Assembly (NCBI GenBank): GCA_964291675.2
Contig: OZ219865.1
Location: 256,001-320,000 of the forward strand
DNA length: 64,000 bases
Source of the DNA: Alphaproteobacteria bacterium
GTDB taxonomy: Bacteria > Pseudomonadota > Alphaproteobacteria > MPNO01
Direction of reading: 5' to 3'
Below, in pieces: positions 29,255 through 37,972 of this stretch. The stretch's first letter is position 1; each line of letters starts with the position of its first letter. The notes under the pieces were generated by a model. That model was not told the origin of the DNA and ran no database searches. It was given only the letters and a program-made list of their open reading frames with translations. Both the position numbers and the translations under genes were made by a program.

Positions 29255-30263
29255 CCGGGTGATCCGCTCGACCCGGGCGAGCCGGATCGGCGTGGCGGCC
29301 GGCGCGGCGCTGATCGTGGTGCTGCTCACCGTGCCCTGGTGGGGCGACCGGGCGTCGATGCGCCTGCTGGTCGAGATCTTCTACATCCTGGCGCTGGCGC
29401 AGCTGTGGAACCTGCTGGCCGGCTATGGCGGGCTGGTCTCGGTCGGCCAGCAGGCCTTTGTCGGGCTCGGCGGCTACCTGCTGTTCATCCTTGTCATCTA
29501 TCTCGATATCGGGGCGATCTGGACGGTGCCGATGGCGGGCGTCCTCGGCGCGCTGATCTCGCTCCCCATCGCCTTCATCGTGTTCCGGCTGCGGGGCCAC
29601 TATTTCGCCATCGGCACCTGGGTGGTCGCCGAGGTGTTCCTGCTCGGCTTCGCCCAGGTGAAGGAGCTCGGCGGCGGGTCCGGCATGAGCCTGCCGATCG
29701 CCGCGATCAAGTCGATCGCCGCCTCCCGGGCGGACCGGGACGCCACGGTCTATTGGCTCGCGCTGGCGCTCGCGGTCGCGGTGATCGTCGGCATCTATCT
29801 GCTGCTGCGCTCGCGCTACGGGCTCGCGCTCACCGCGATCCGCGACTCGGAAGAGGCCTCGCGCAGCCTCGGCGTCGACAACTTCCGGGCCAAGCTGATG
29901 GTCTACATCCTCGCCGCGTTCGGCACCTCGGCGATCGGCGCGCTGATCTACATCACCAAGATCCGCATCACCCCGAGTGCTGCCTTCGACATCAACTGGA
30001 CCGTGACCATCATATTCATCGTGGTGATCGGCGGAATCGGGTCGATCGAGGGGCCGATCGTCGGCACGCTGATCTTCTTCCTGCTGCGCGAGCCGCTCGC
30101 CCCCTACGGCACCTGGTACCTGATCCTGCTCGGCCTGACCGCGGTGGTGGTCATGCTGAAGGCGCCCAAGGGCCTGTGGGGGCTGTTCTCGCAGCGTTTC
30201 GACATCGCCCTGTTCCCGGTGCAGCGGCGTCTGGTGCGGGCGGCGGACGACGGGCCGGGCTGA
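29247..30263 (+). CDS. ABC permease (LivM-like)
   Basis: WNLLAGYGGLVSVGQ, RLRGHYFAI.T. Confidence 0.92.
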   Translation: MTSRVIRSTRASRIGVAAGAALIVVLLTVPWWGDRASMRLLVEIFYILALAQLWNLLAGYGGLVSVGQQAFVGLGGYLLFILVIYLDIGAIWTVPMAGVLGALISLPIAFIVFRLRGHYFAIGTWVVAEVFLLGFAQVKELGGGSGMSLPIAAIKSIAASRADRDATVYWLALALAVAVIVGIYLLLRSRYGLALTAIRDSEEASRSLGVDNFRAKLMVYILAAFGTSAIGALIYITKIRITPSAAFDINWTVTIIFIVVIGGIGSIEGPIVGTLIFFLLREPLAPYGTWYLILLGLTAVVVMLKAPKGLWGLFSQRFDIALFPVQRRLVRAADDGPG

Positions 30264-30271
30264 GCGCCGGT

Positions 30272-31450
30272 TTGCGGATTCCCCGCTCCCATGCCGCGAT
30301 CTTCGCGCTGGGTTTCTTCGGCCTCGGCTTCGTGCCGATGATGACCGTGGCCGTGCCGCTCTGGGCGCTCGACATCGGGGCGACGCCGCTGATGATCGGC
30401 TTGGTGCTGGGCGCCCGCGCGGCGCTCTCCGTCGTGCTGTCGATCCCCGGCGGCGCGCTGATGGACCGGCTCGGCATCAACCGGATCGCCGCCGCCGCGG
30501 CGATCGCCACCGCGCTCCTGTTCCCGCTCTACCCGGCGCTGCCCTCGGTGGCGGTGCTGATCGCGCTCCAGCTCCTGACCGGCTTCGCCCAGGCGCTGGT
30601 GTGGATGGCCGCGCAGGCCCATGTCGGGCGGATCAACCGCGACGATCCCGGGCTGATGGGGCGGTTCAGCTTCGTCTCCACCTCGGGGAACCTGGTCGCG
30701 CCGGTGCTCTGCGGGACGGCGTGGGACGCGTTCGGCCCCGTCGGGGCGTTCTCCCTGATCGGCGCCTGGGGTCTCGCCACCCTGGTCGTGATCGGCTTCC
30801 TGCCGCGCGACGTGCGGCGGGGCGACACGCCGGGCGAGGGCAGGGCGCGCGGGTCCTGGCTCGGCGACTACCGGGACGCGCTCGCGATTATCGGGGCGCC
30901 CGCGGTCGCCTTCGTGGTCGCGTGCTCCTTCCTGATGACCTGCGTCCACGCGCTGCGCCACTCGTTCTACCCGGTCTATCTCGAATCGCTCGACTTCGGC
31001 GGGACCACCATCGGCGTGCTGGTCGCCGTCGGCTCGGTGGTGGCGGGGCTCTCCGGCCTCGCGGCGGGGCCGGTCTCGCGCAGGGTGCGTCCCAACATCT
31101 TGCTGGTCGCGACCGTCGGCACCGCCGCGGCGCTCTTGTCCAGCGTCGTGCTGTTTCGCGAGTTCTGGCAGCTTCTCGGCATCGCCGCGGGGTGGGGCGT
31201 GGCTTCCGGCATCGCGTTCCCGCTGATGCTCTACGTGCTGGCCCGCTCGGTGAACGCCGAGCGCCAGGGGATGAGCGTCGGCATCAGGTCCACGGTCAAC
31301 CGGCTCGCCGGCTTCGTGGTTCCTGTCGCCGTCGGGGCGGCAGTCGAGGGGTTCGGCCTCGAGATCGCGTTTTTCGTCTTCGGCGCGGTTATGCTCGCGG
31401 CGCTCGGCCTCATCGCGCTGCGCCTGATGCCGGAGGCCGGGCGCGGATAA
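30272..31450 (+). CDS. MFS transporter
   Basis: About 12 TMs and GALMDRLG motif A; TTG start uncertain. Confidence 0.8.
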   Translation: MRIPRSHAAIFALGFFGLGFVPMMTVAVPLWALDIGATPLMIGLVLGARAALSVVLSIPGGALMDRLGINRIAAAAAIATALLFPLYPALPSVAVLIALQLLTGFAQALVWMAAQAHVGRINRDDPGLMGRFSFVSTSGNLVAPVLCGTAWDAFGPVGAFSLIGAWGLATLVVIGFLPRDVRRGDTPGEGRARGSWLGDYRDALAIIGAPAVAFVVACSFLMTCVHALRHSFYPVYLESLDFGGTTIGVLVAVGSVVAGLSGLAAGPVSRRVRPNILLVATVGTAAALLSSVVLFREFWQLLGIAAGWGVASGIAFPLMLYVLARSVNAERQGMSVGIRSTVNRLAGFVVPVAVGAAVEGFGLEIAFFVFGAVMLAALGLIALRLMPEAGRG

Positions 31451-31467
31451 CGGATCGCGGGTACGCC

Positions 31468-32370
31468 ATGGAAATCGTCATCGGAACATCGGAGCCCGGC
31501 AGCACCTTCTACACCCAGGCCGAGGCCATCGCGGCGGTGGCGCGGGAGCGGGAGGCGTTCGACCGGGTCGACATCTTCGCCACGCCCACCGCCAGCGTGG
31601 GCAATGCCGAGCGCCTGGAATCGGGCGAGCTCGCGTTCGGCTTTCTCGCCGCCAACTGGATCGGCCGGGCGGCGCGCGGCGAGGCGCCGTTCGGGCGCGC
31701 GCTCGACATCCGCATGGCGGCGCCGGCGAATTCCGGGCCGATGTTCTTCATCGCGCGCGCCGGATCGGGGATCGAGACGGTCGACGATCTGCGCGGCAAG
31801 CGGGTCTCCATCGGCCCCGCCGGCAGCGGCATGGCGCAGCACGTGGCGACCGTGTTCGGCGTGCTCGGCATCGGCTTCGAGACCTTCGAGCCGGTGCATC
31901 TCAACTTCCTCGACGGCGCCAACGCGCTGGCGGCCGGCGAGATCGACGCCCAGTTCCAGTGCCCGATCCCCAACCGGGTGATGACCGGGCTCGCCGAACG
32001 GGCCGACATCCGGGTGCTGGACTACGGCCCCGGGCAGCTCGCCGCCCTGCTCGACCGGGTGGGGTTCTACCGCCCGGCGCGGGTCAGCGCGGGCGCGCTG
32101 CGCGGCCACGACCGCGACAGCCCGCAGATCGGCGTGCTGAACGTGATCGCCACCCATGCGAACACACCGGACGACACGGTGGGCCGGCTCGCCCGGCTGA
32201 TGGCGTCGGGGCACGCGCGCCTCGCCGAACTGAACCCGCTGTTCGACGGTCTGGGCGCCCTGTTCGATCCGCTGCGCGAGGCGGGCGAGGCGGGGCTCGC
32301 GATCGACGGCGTCCCCCTCCACCCCGGCGCCGCGGCTTCCTACCGCGCGCTCGGGCTGGTCGGGTCCTGA
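31468..32370 (+). CDS. TAXI family TRAP solute-binding protein
   Basis: IGTSEPGSTFY, T.ASVGN, DL.GKRVSIG..GSG, PLHPGA..Y. Confidence 0.85.
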   Translation: MEIVIGTSEPGSTFYTQAEAIAAVAREREAFDRVDIFATPTASVGNAERLESGELAFGFLAANWIGRAARGEAPFGRALDIRMAAPANSGPMFFIARAGSGIETVDDLRGKRVSIGPAGSGMAQHVATVFGVLGIGFETFEPVHLNFLDGANALAAGEIDAQFQCPIPNRVMTGLAERADIRVLDYGPGQLAALLDRVGFYRPARVSAGALRGHDRDSPQIGVLNVIATHANTPDDTVGRLARLMASGHARLAELNPLFDGLGALFDPLREAGEAGLAIDGVPLHPGAAASYRALGLVGS

Positions 32371-33359
32371 GCGCCGGCGAACTCGCGCACGAGGTCGAGC
32401 GCCAGCGCCTTGTTCTCCGGGGTGCCGCTGATCTGCAGAATCGGCTCCTCGATCCCGGCATCGAGATAGCGGGCGAGGGACCTGCGGCAGTCGGAAGGGG
32501 TGCCGCCGGCGCAGAACGCCTCGATCGCCTCGTCGGGGATCATCGCCGCCGCCTGGGCGAGGTCGCGGCGTCCGACCGCGTCCATGATCGCCGCGTGGTC
32601 GATGGGGAGCCCCGAACTCGCGATGTTGTCGGCGTGGCCGGCGCTGCGGAACAGATAGGCGAGCTTGGTCTTCAGGTCGTCCACCGCCGCCCGGCCGTCG
32701 GGCGATACCGAGAAGTAGATCAGGCTCGCCCGGCGGAGCGAGTGGCGGTCCCGTCCCGCCGCCGCCGCGCCCTCGTCGGCGAAGGCGAGGCAGCGCCGGG
32801 TCGATTCGAGGGTGAGCCCGCCCGACAGCAGCACCCCGTCGGCGATCCGCCCGGACAGGCGCAGCACCTGCGGGCCGGTCGAGGCGACGTAGATCGGCAG
32901 CGGCGCCGGCGGGGCGAAGTTCATGTAGGCGCCGTCGAGGCGGTAGGCCGGCCCGTCGCGCATCACCCGCTCGCCGGTCCAGAGCGCGCGGAGGTCGGCC
33001 ACCATGTCGCCGATGGCGGCGACCGGGCGCACCGGCTCGTGGCCCGATTCCTTGAGGTTGAGCAGATTGCCGACCGATACCGCGACGGCGACGCGCCCCG
33101 GCGCCAGCTCCGCCAGCGTCGCCAGCGCCATCGCGGTCGGCGTCGGGTGCCAGAGATAGGGGCTGATCGCGGTCGGCACCAGCCGCACCGTCTCCGTCGC
33201 CCCGGCGATCGCCGCGCAGGCGGTCACCGCCTCGCGCCAGCCCATGTGCTCGGCGACCCAGACGCTCGCGGCGCCCGCGGCCTCCGCGCCCCGGGCGAGG
33301 CGGATCATCTCGCGCGCGTCGTCGAATCCGTCGAAGACGACGCCCATCTCGACCGTCAT
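32340..33359 (-). CDS. LLM-class flavin/F420-dependent oxidoreductase
   Basis: AEAAG..SVWVAEH, PIYVA..GPQ.LRL.G.IADG. Confidence 0.88.
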   Translation of the reverse strand: MTVEMGVVFDGFDDAREMIRLARGAEAAGAASVWVAEHMGWREAVTACAAIAGATETVRLVPTAISPYLWHPTPTAMALATLAELAPGRVAVAVSVGNLLNLKESGHEPVRPVAAIGDMVADLRALWTGERVMRDGPAYRLDGAYMNFAPPAPLPIYVASTGPQVLRLSGRIADGVLLSGGLTLESTRRCLAFADEGAAAAGRDRHSLRRASLIYFSVSPDGRAAVDDLKTKLAYLFRSAGHADNIASSGLPIDHAAIMDAVGRRDLAQAAAMIPDEAIEAFCAGGTPSDCRRSLARYLDAGIEEPILQISGTPENKALALDLVREFAGAQDPTSPSAR

Positions 33360-33436
33360 TGCTGTCCTCCGGCGCTCCACGCTTGATGGCGGCCGCCCCG
33401 CCTGTGATCCTGCCGCCGTAACGGAAGGGCGGGGCC

Positions 33437-33751
33437 ATGCTCTACATCATCTACCAGATCGACAAGCCCGGTTCGGAAGACATCCGGGCGCGAACCCGGG
33501 AAGACCACTTCGCCTATCTCGACGCGCATGAGGATATCCTGGTGCTCGGCGGCGCGCTGCTCGGCGAGGACGGCAGGACCCGCACCGGCAGCGTGCTGAT
33601 CGTCAACGTGCCCTCGCGCGAGGCGGCCGAGGCGTTCTCCAACGACGAGCCCTTCCGCAAGGCCGGCCTGTTCGAGCGGGTCGAGATCAACCGCATGCGC
33701 CGGGGGCAGTGGAACCCGGAGGCGGCGCCCAAGACCGCCGAGGGGAACTGA
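33437..33751 (+). CDS. YciI family protein
   Basis: DKP....R...R..H..YL...GS.LI...EPF..AG. Confidence 0.85.
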   Translation: MLYIIYQIDKPGSEDIRARTREDHFAYLDAHEDILVLGGALLGEDGRTRTGSVLIVNVPSREAAEAFSNDEPFRKAGLFERVEINRMRRGQWNPEAAPKTAEGN

Positions 33752-33758
33752 GGCCGGG

Positions 33759-34517
33759 TCAGGCGGCGATCCCCTCGGGCAGCGGGTCGCGCTCGCCGAG
33801 CACCGCCGTGCGCCAGATCTCGTTCATGCAGGCCCAGCGCGTCTTGACCGCGACGGTGGCGATCTCGACCGCGCGGGCGGCCATCTCCTCGGTGCTGATC
33901 AGCCGCTCGACGAGCTGGATCTGGCGGCTCGAATGGTCGGCGTCGGCGATGTAGTGCTCGGCGAAGAACCCGATCGCCGGGTGGTCGATCTCCATCCCGT
34001 GGAACTTCCTGAAGGCGGGCAGGGTGCGTTCGCCGTTGATCGCCGGCTGCTGCCCCTCCTGGGTCGACTGCATGGCGACGATCACCGGAAACGCCTCGTC
34101 GCGCACCGTCGCGAGGTAGAAATAGGACCGCGCCCGCCAGGCCGGTAGCTGCTCGGTCGCGCGCACCTCGTCGTCGGTCATGCCGGCATGGCGGCAATAG
34201 CGGAAGATCAGCTCCATGTGGTCGTGCGGCGCGCGGTCCTCGCCCGGGCCGGCGACCAGCCCCTCCTCCTCGGCCAGGTTCTCCAGGATGAAGCGCCGCC
34301 CCTCGGGCGGCGCCTTGGCGTAGATCAGCCCGAAGCTCGGCAGGGCGCGGACGACATGCTGACAGTGCTGCGCCATCAGCTTTCCCATCGCCTCCAGCCC
34401 GACGCTCCCGTCGTGGAAGCCGAGATAGAACGGGTGGTCCTTGGTATGCCAGGTCTCGCGCAGGGCGACGATCTCGGCCGCCGTCCGCCTTCCGATCGGG
34501 TTCGCCGCGCCGTCCAT
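33759..34517 (-). CDS. CADD/PqqC/TenA-like heme-oxygenase-fold diiron redox enzyme
   Basis: HPFY, ENLAEEEG...H, E, FFAEH..AD..H ligand pattern. Confidence 0.75.
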   Translation of the reverse strand: MDGAANPIGRRTAAEIVALRETWHTKDHPFYLGFHDGSVGLEAMGKLMAQHCQHVVRALPSFGLIYAKAPPEGRRFILENLAEEEGLVAGPGEDRAPHDHMELIFRYCRHAGMTDDEVRATEQLPAWRARSYFYLATVRDEAFPVIVAMQSTQEGQQPAINGERTLPAFRKFHGMEIDHPAIGFFAEHYIADADHSSRQIQLVERLISTEEMAARAVEIATVAVKTRWACMNEIWRTAVLGERDPLPEGIAA

Positions 34518-34653
34518 ATTCTTCCTCCCGGGCCTCGTCCGCCGCCCAGCGTGATAGCCAACCGGGCGGGGCCGTTCAACCGGCCGCGGCTGGACAAAGC
34601 GGCCCCGATATGGGCGTCTAGCGCGCACCGGCAGCGACGGAGGCGGACAGGCG

Positions 34654-36105
34654 ATGAGCTATGACGGGCTGAGGCCCTATCTCCAGGTCCTGGAGCAGCG
34701 GGGCATGATGCGCTGGGTCGACAAGGAGGTCGACAAGGACTGGGAGATCTCGGCCGTGCTGCGGATGATCTTCCGCGCGATGTCGGAACAGAATCGCTAC
34801 GGCATCGGCTTCCGCAACATCAAGAACTATCCCGGCGGGCGCGTCGTCGCCGGCGTGGTGGCGTCCTCGCGCGAGATGATCGCCACCGCGATCGGCTGCG
34901 AGCCCGACTTCGCGGCCATCCACCGCAAGGTGATCGAGGGCATCGCCAACCCGATCGAGCCGGTGATCGTCGACGACGGACCGTGCAAGGAGGTCGTGGT
35001 GTCGGGCGGCGACGTGGATCTCAACGCGCTGCCCATCCCGGTATGGACGCCGGAGAAGGACGCGGGCCCCTATCTCACGCCCCTCTGGGTGACCAAGGAC
35101 CCGGACGACGGGCGGCGCAATATCGGCATCCGGCGCTGCCAGATAAAGGGCCGGGACAAGACCGGCATATTGTTCGGCGCGCCCGACCGCGGCGGCGCCA
35201 TCCACTGGGAGAAGTGGAAGGCCCGCGGCAGGAGCATGCCGGCGGCGATCTTCATCGGCGGCGACCCGGTGCAGTACGTGGTGGCGCCGGCGCGCTACGG
35301 CGCCGACGAGCTCGCGGTCGCCGGCGGCATCCGCGGCGAGGCGATCCCGATGGTGCGCTGCGAGACCGTCGATCTCGAAGTGCCGGCGCATGCCGAGATC
35401 GTCATCGAGGGCGAGGTGCTGACCGATTCGCTCGAACCCGAGGGCCCGTTCGGCGAGTTCACCGGCTACATGGCGGGCGGCCGCCACGCGCCGGTGTTCA
35501 AGGTCAACTGCATCACCCACCGCAAGGACCCCATCCTGCTCGGCATCATCAGCCAGCTCCCGCCGTCGGAGAGCAGCATGATCAAGCGCTCGCTGCTGGA
35601 GGCCGGGCTGAAGAAGCACCTCAGCGAGGATCTGCGCATCCCGGGCATCGCCGACGTGCACGCGCTGGAGGCCGGCGGCTGCACGGCGACGCTGTGGATC
35701 TCGCTGAAGAAGATGTATGCCGGGCATGTCGACCAGGCGGTGTTCGGCAGCTTCGGCCATATGGGGATGAGCTATTTCAAGTGGATCGTCGTCACCGACG
35801 ACGACATCGACATCGAGGACCCGTTCATGCGCGACTGGATCCTCGCCTGGCGGGTCCGCCCGGAGCATGACGTGCGGGTGATCGAGACCCCGGCGGCGGT
35901 CGAGCTCGACCCGTCCTCGTTCGGCCCCGACGCGCCCGAGGGCGGGCAGGCGCCGGGCGCCAAGGTGGTGATCGACGCCACCCGCAAATGGGACTATCCG
36001 GGGATCTCGCTGCCGCCGCTGGAGAAGCTGCGCGAGGTCGCGGCGGGCTGGGAGAGCTACGGCCTGCCGCCGCTCGAGGACCTCAAGCTGCCGCGCGGCG
36101 AGTAG
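34654..36105 (+). CDS. UbiD family (de)carboxylase
   Basis: D.GPY.T, N.G.RR, EGPFGEFTGY, K.VIDAT. Confidence 0.92.
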   Translation: MSYDGLRPYLQVLEQRGMMRWVDKEVDKDWEISAVLRMIFRAMSEQNRYGIGFRNIKNYPGGRVVAGVVASSREMIATAIGCEPDFAAIHRKVIEGIANPIEPVIVDDGPCKEVVVSGGDVDLNALPIPVWTPEKDAGPYLTPLWVTKDPDDGRRNIGIRRCQIKGRDKTGILFGAPDRGGAIHWEKWKARGRSMPAAIFIGGDPVQYVVAPARYGADELAVAGGIRGEAIPMVRCETVDLEVPAHAEIVIEGEVLTDSLEPEGPFGEFTGYMAGGRHAPVFKVNCITHRKDPILLGIISQLPPSESSMIKRSLLEAGLKKHLSEDLRIPGIADVHALEAGGCTATLWISLKKMYAGHVDQAVFGSFGHMGMSYFKWIVVTDDDIDIEDPFMRDWILAWRVRPEHDVRVIETPAAVELDPSSFGPDAPEGGQAPGAKVVIDATRKWDYPGISLPPLEKLREVAAGWESYGLPPLEDLKLPRGE

Positions 36106-36108
36106 CGG

Positions 36109-36888
36109 TCAGGGCGCCGGGTCGATCTCGCACCAGACGGGGGTGTGGTCGGACGCCTTGGGCCTGCCGCGCGGCTTGCGGTCGATGCCCGACGCGGACA
36201 GCCGGTCGGCGGCCTGCGGCGACAGCAGCAGGTGGTCGATCAAGAGGCCGAAATCCTTCTGCCAGGCGCCGCCCTGGTAGTCCCAGAAGCTGTAGGAATG
36301 CGGCGCGCGGTTGAAGGCGCGGAAGGCGTCGGTCAGCCCGAGATGGACCAACGCGCGGTAGCGCGAGCGCGACTCCGGCCGGCACAGCGCATCGCCGGCC
36401 CAGCCCTCGGGGTCGTAGCAGTCGCCGTCCGTCGGCACCACGTTGTAGTCGCCGCCCAGCACCAGCGCCTCCTCGTGGCGCAGCAGGTCGCCGACATGCG
36501 CCTTGAGCCGGTCCATCCAGCGCAGCTTGTAGTCGAACTTCTCGCCCGGCGCCGGATTGCCGTTGGGCAGGTAGATCGAAGCCACCCTGAGATCGCCGAC
36601 GAAGGCCTCGATATAGCGCGCCTGATCGTCCTCGGGGTCGCCCGGGAGGCCCGTGCGCACGTCCTCGATCGGCTGTCTGGCGAAGATGCCGACGCCGTTA
36701 AAATTCTTCTGCCCGCGGATCGCGACGTTGTAGCCCGCGTCCTCGATCGCCTCGCGCGGGAAGGTCTCGTCGGTCGCCTTGAGCTCCTGGGCGAGCACGA
36801 TGTCGGGCGAGAACTCGCCCAGCCATTCGAGCACGCGCGGCAGCCGGGCGCGGATCGAGTTGACGTTCCAGGTCGCGATCCGGGTCAT
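36109..36888 (-). CDS. xth: Exodeoxyribonuclease III
   Basis: ATWNVNSIRAR, QELK, GDYN, IDH.LLS, SDH.P. Confidence 0.95.
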   Translation of the reverse strand: MTRIATWNVNSIRARLPRVLEWLGEFSPDIVLAQELKATDETFPREAIEDAGYNVAIRGQKNFNGVGIFARQPIEDVRTGLPGDPEDDQARYIEAFVGDLRVASIYLPNGNPAPGEKFDYKLRWMDRLKAHVGDLLRHEEALVLGGDYNVVPTDGDCYDPEGWAGDALCRPESRSRYRALVHLGLTDAFRAFNRAPHSYSFWDYQGGAWQKDFGLLIDHLLLSPQAADRLSASGIDRKPRGRPKASDHTPVWCEIDPAP

Positions 36889-37235
36889 CCGACCGCGAAC
36901 GAGACCCCGCAGCCGCAGGTCGACGCCGCGTTCGGGTTGCGGACGGTGAAATAGGCGCCGACCAGCTCCTCGACATAGTGGATCTCGGCACCGGCCAGGA
37001 ATTCGAGCGAGATGTCGTCGATCACCACCCGCACGCCGTCGCGCGCGAACACGCTGTCGTCGCCGTTGCGGCAATCGTCGAAGTCGAAGCTGTACTGGAA
37101 GCCGGAGCAGCCGCCGCCGCCCACCGCCACCCGGAGCATCTGGCCGGAAGCCTCCCCGGCCGCTTCCAGCTCGCGGATCCGGCGCACCGCCGAATCGCTG
37201 ATCGTGACCGCCGCCGTTTCCGCGCCCTCCGTCAT
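36885..37235 (-). CDS. erpA: Fe-S cluster insertion protein (HesB/ErpA)
   Basis: GGGCSGFQY, NPNA..TCGCG.SF. Confidence 0.92.
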   Translation of the reverse strand: MTEGAETAAVTISDSAVRRIRELEAAGEASGQMLRVAVGGGGCSGFQYSFDFDDCRNGDDSVFARDGVRVVIDDISLEFLAGAEIHYVEELVGAYFTVRNPNAASTCGCGVSFAVG

Positions 37236-37309
37236 GGCTGAATATCTAGGCTTGGGACGACAGGCGGTCAAGTTGGATGCCCGGAACGCGTTCGCTGTCG
37301 TGCCCCCCC

Positions 37310-37526
37310 GTCATGCCCGGACTTGATCCGGGCACCCATGCGGCCTCTCGGCGCGCACGGCGATCGGCCGGGAGGGGCGGTGGCGCCAGTGGGTGCCCGG
37401 AACACCCCCGGACTTGATCCGGGGGCCGGGCATGACGAGAGAGGGGCGGAGATGTTGATGCTCATGGGCGCGCACCCCGGGTCGACAATCTAAACCGGAC
37501 AGCAGTGGAACAAGTCCGGACATGAC
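37310..37526. repeat. REP palindromes with a solo IS4-like terminal repeat
   Basis: CCCGGACTTGATCCGGG copies; TAAACCGGACAGCAGTG at 37491-37507; homologous to 61561-61757. Confidence 0.75.
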
Positions 37527-37585
37527 GAGAAGGCGTTGGCGGGCGCGGAGCGGGAACACGGGTGCGAAAGCGCGAATTCCCAAAA

Positions 37586-37972
37586 CAGGACGCCAAGAAT
37601 TGGCCATATTGGCCAATTTCCGCAACTATCAGGACGCTAGGAATTGGCCATATTGGCCACGACCGATGCGGCCTGGCGTCTCTCGGTACGGCCCACATGG
37701 GAGCGTATCGACGGACGCCCTGCGCCGCGTCGGCGGTTCCATCCGAAAGGGACGGGCTCCGACCCCGGGGTGGACATAACCGTTTTCCGCAACTATCAGG
37801 ACGCTAGGAATTGGCCATATTGGCCACGACCGATGCGGCCTGGCATCGTTAGGTCGGGCCCGCATCGGAGCGTAACGGCGGACGGCCTCCGCCGCGTCGG
37901 CGGTTCCATCCACAGCGGACAGGCGCCGGCCCCGGGGTGGAGATGAACGTTTACGGCAATATCAGGACGCTT
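37586..37972 (+). repeat. ~167-bp tandem repeat running into the argS start
   Basis: CAGGACGCT at 37630, 37797 and 37963; AATTGGCCATATTGGCCA occurs three times. Confidence 0.85.

Noticed and set aside
37586-37972. CRISPR array
   Set aside because: Period is ~167 bp, the intervening sequences are homologous to each other, and no cas genes are present.
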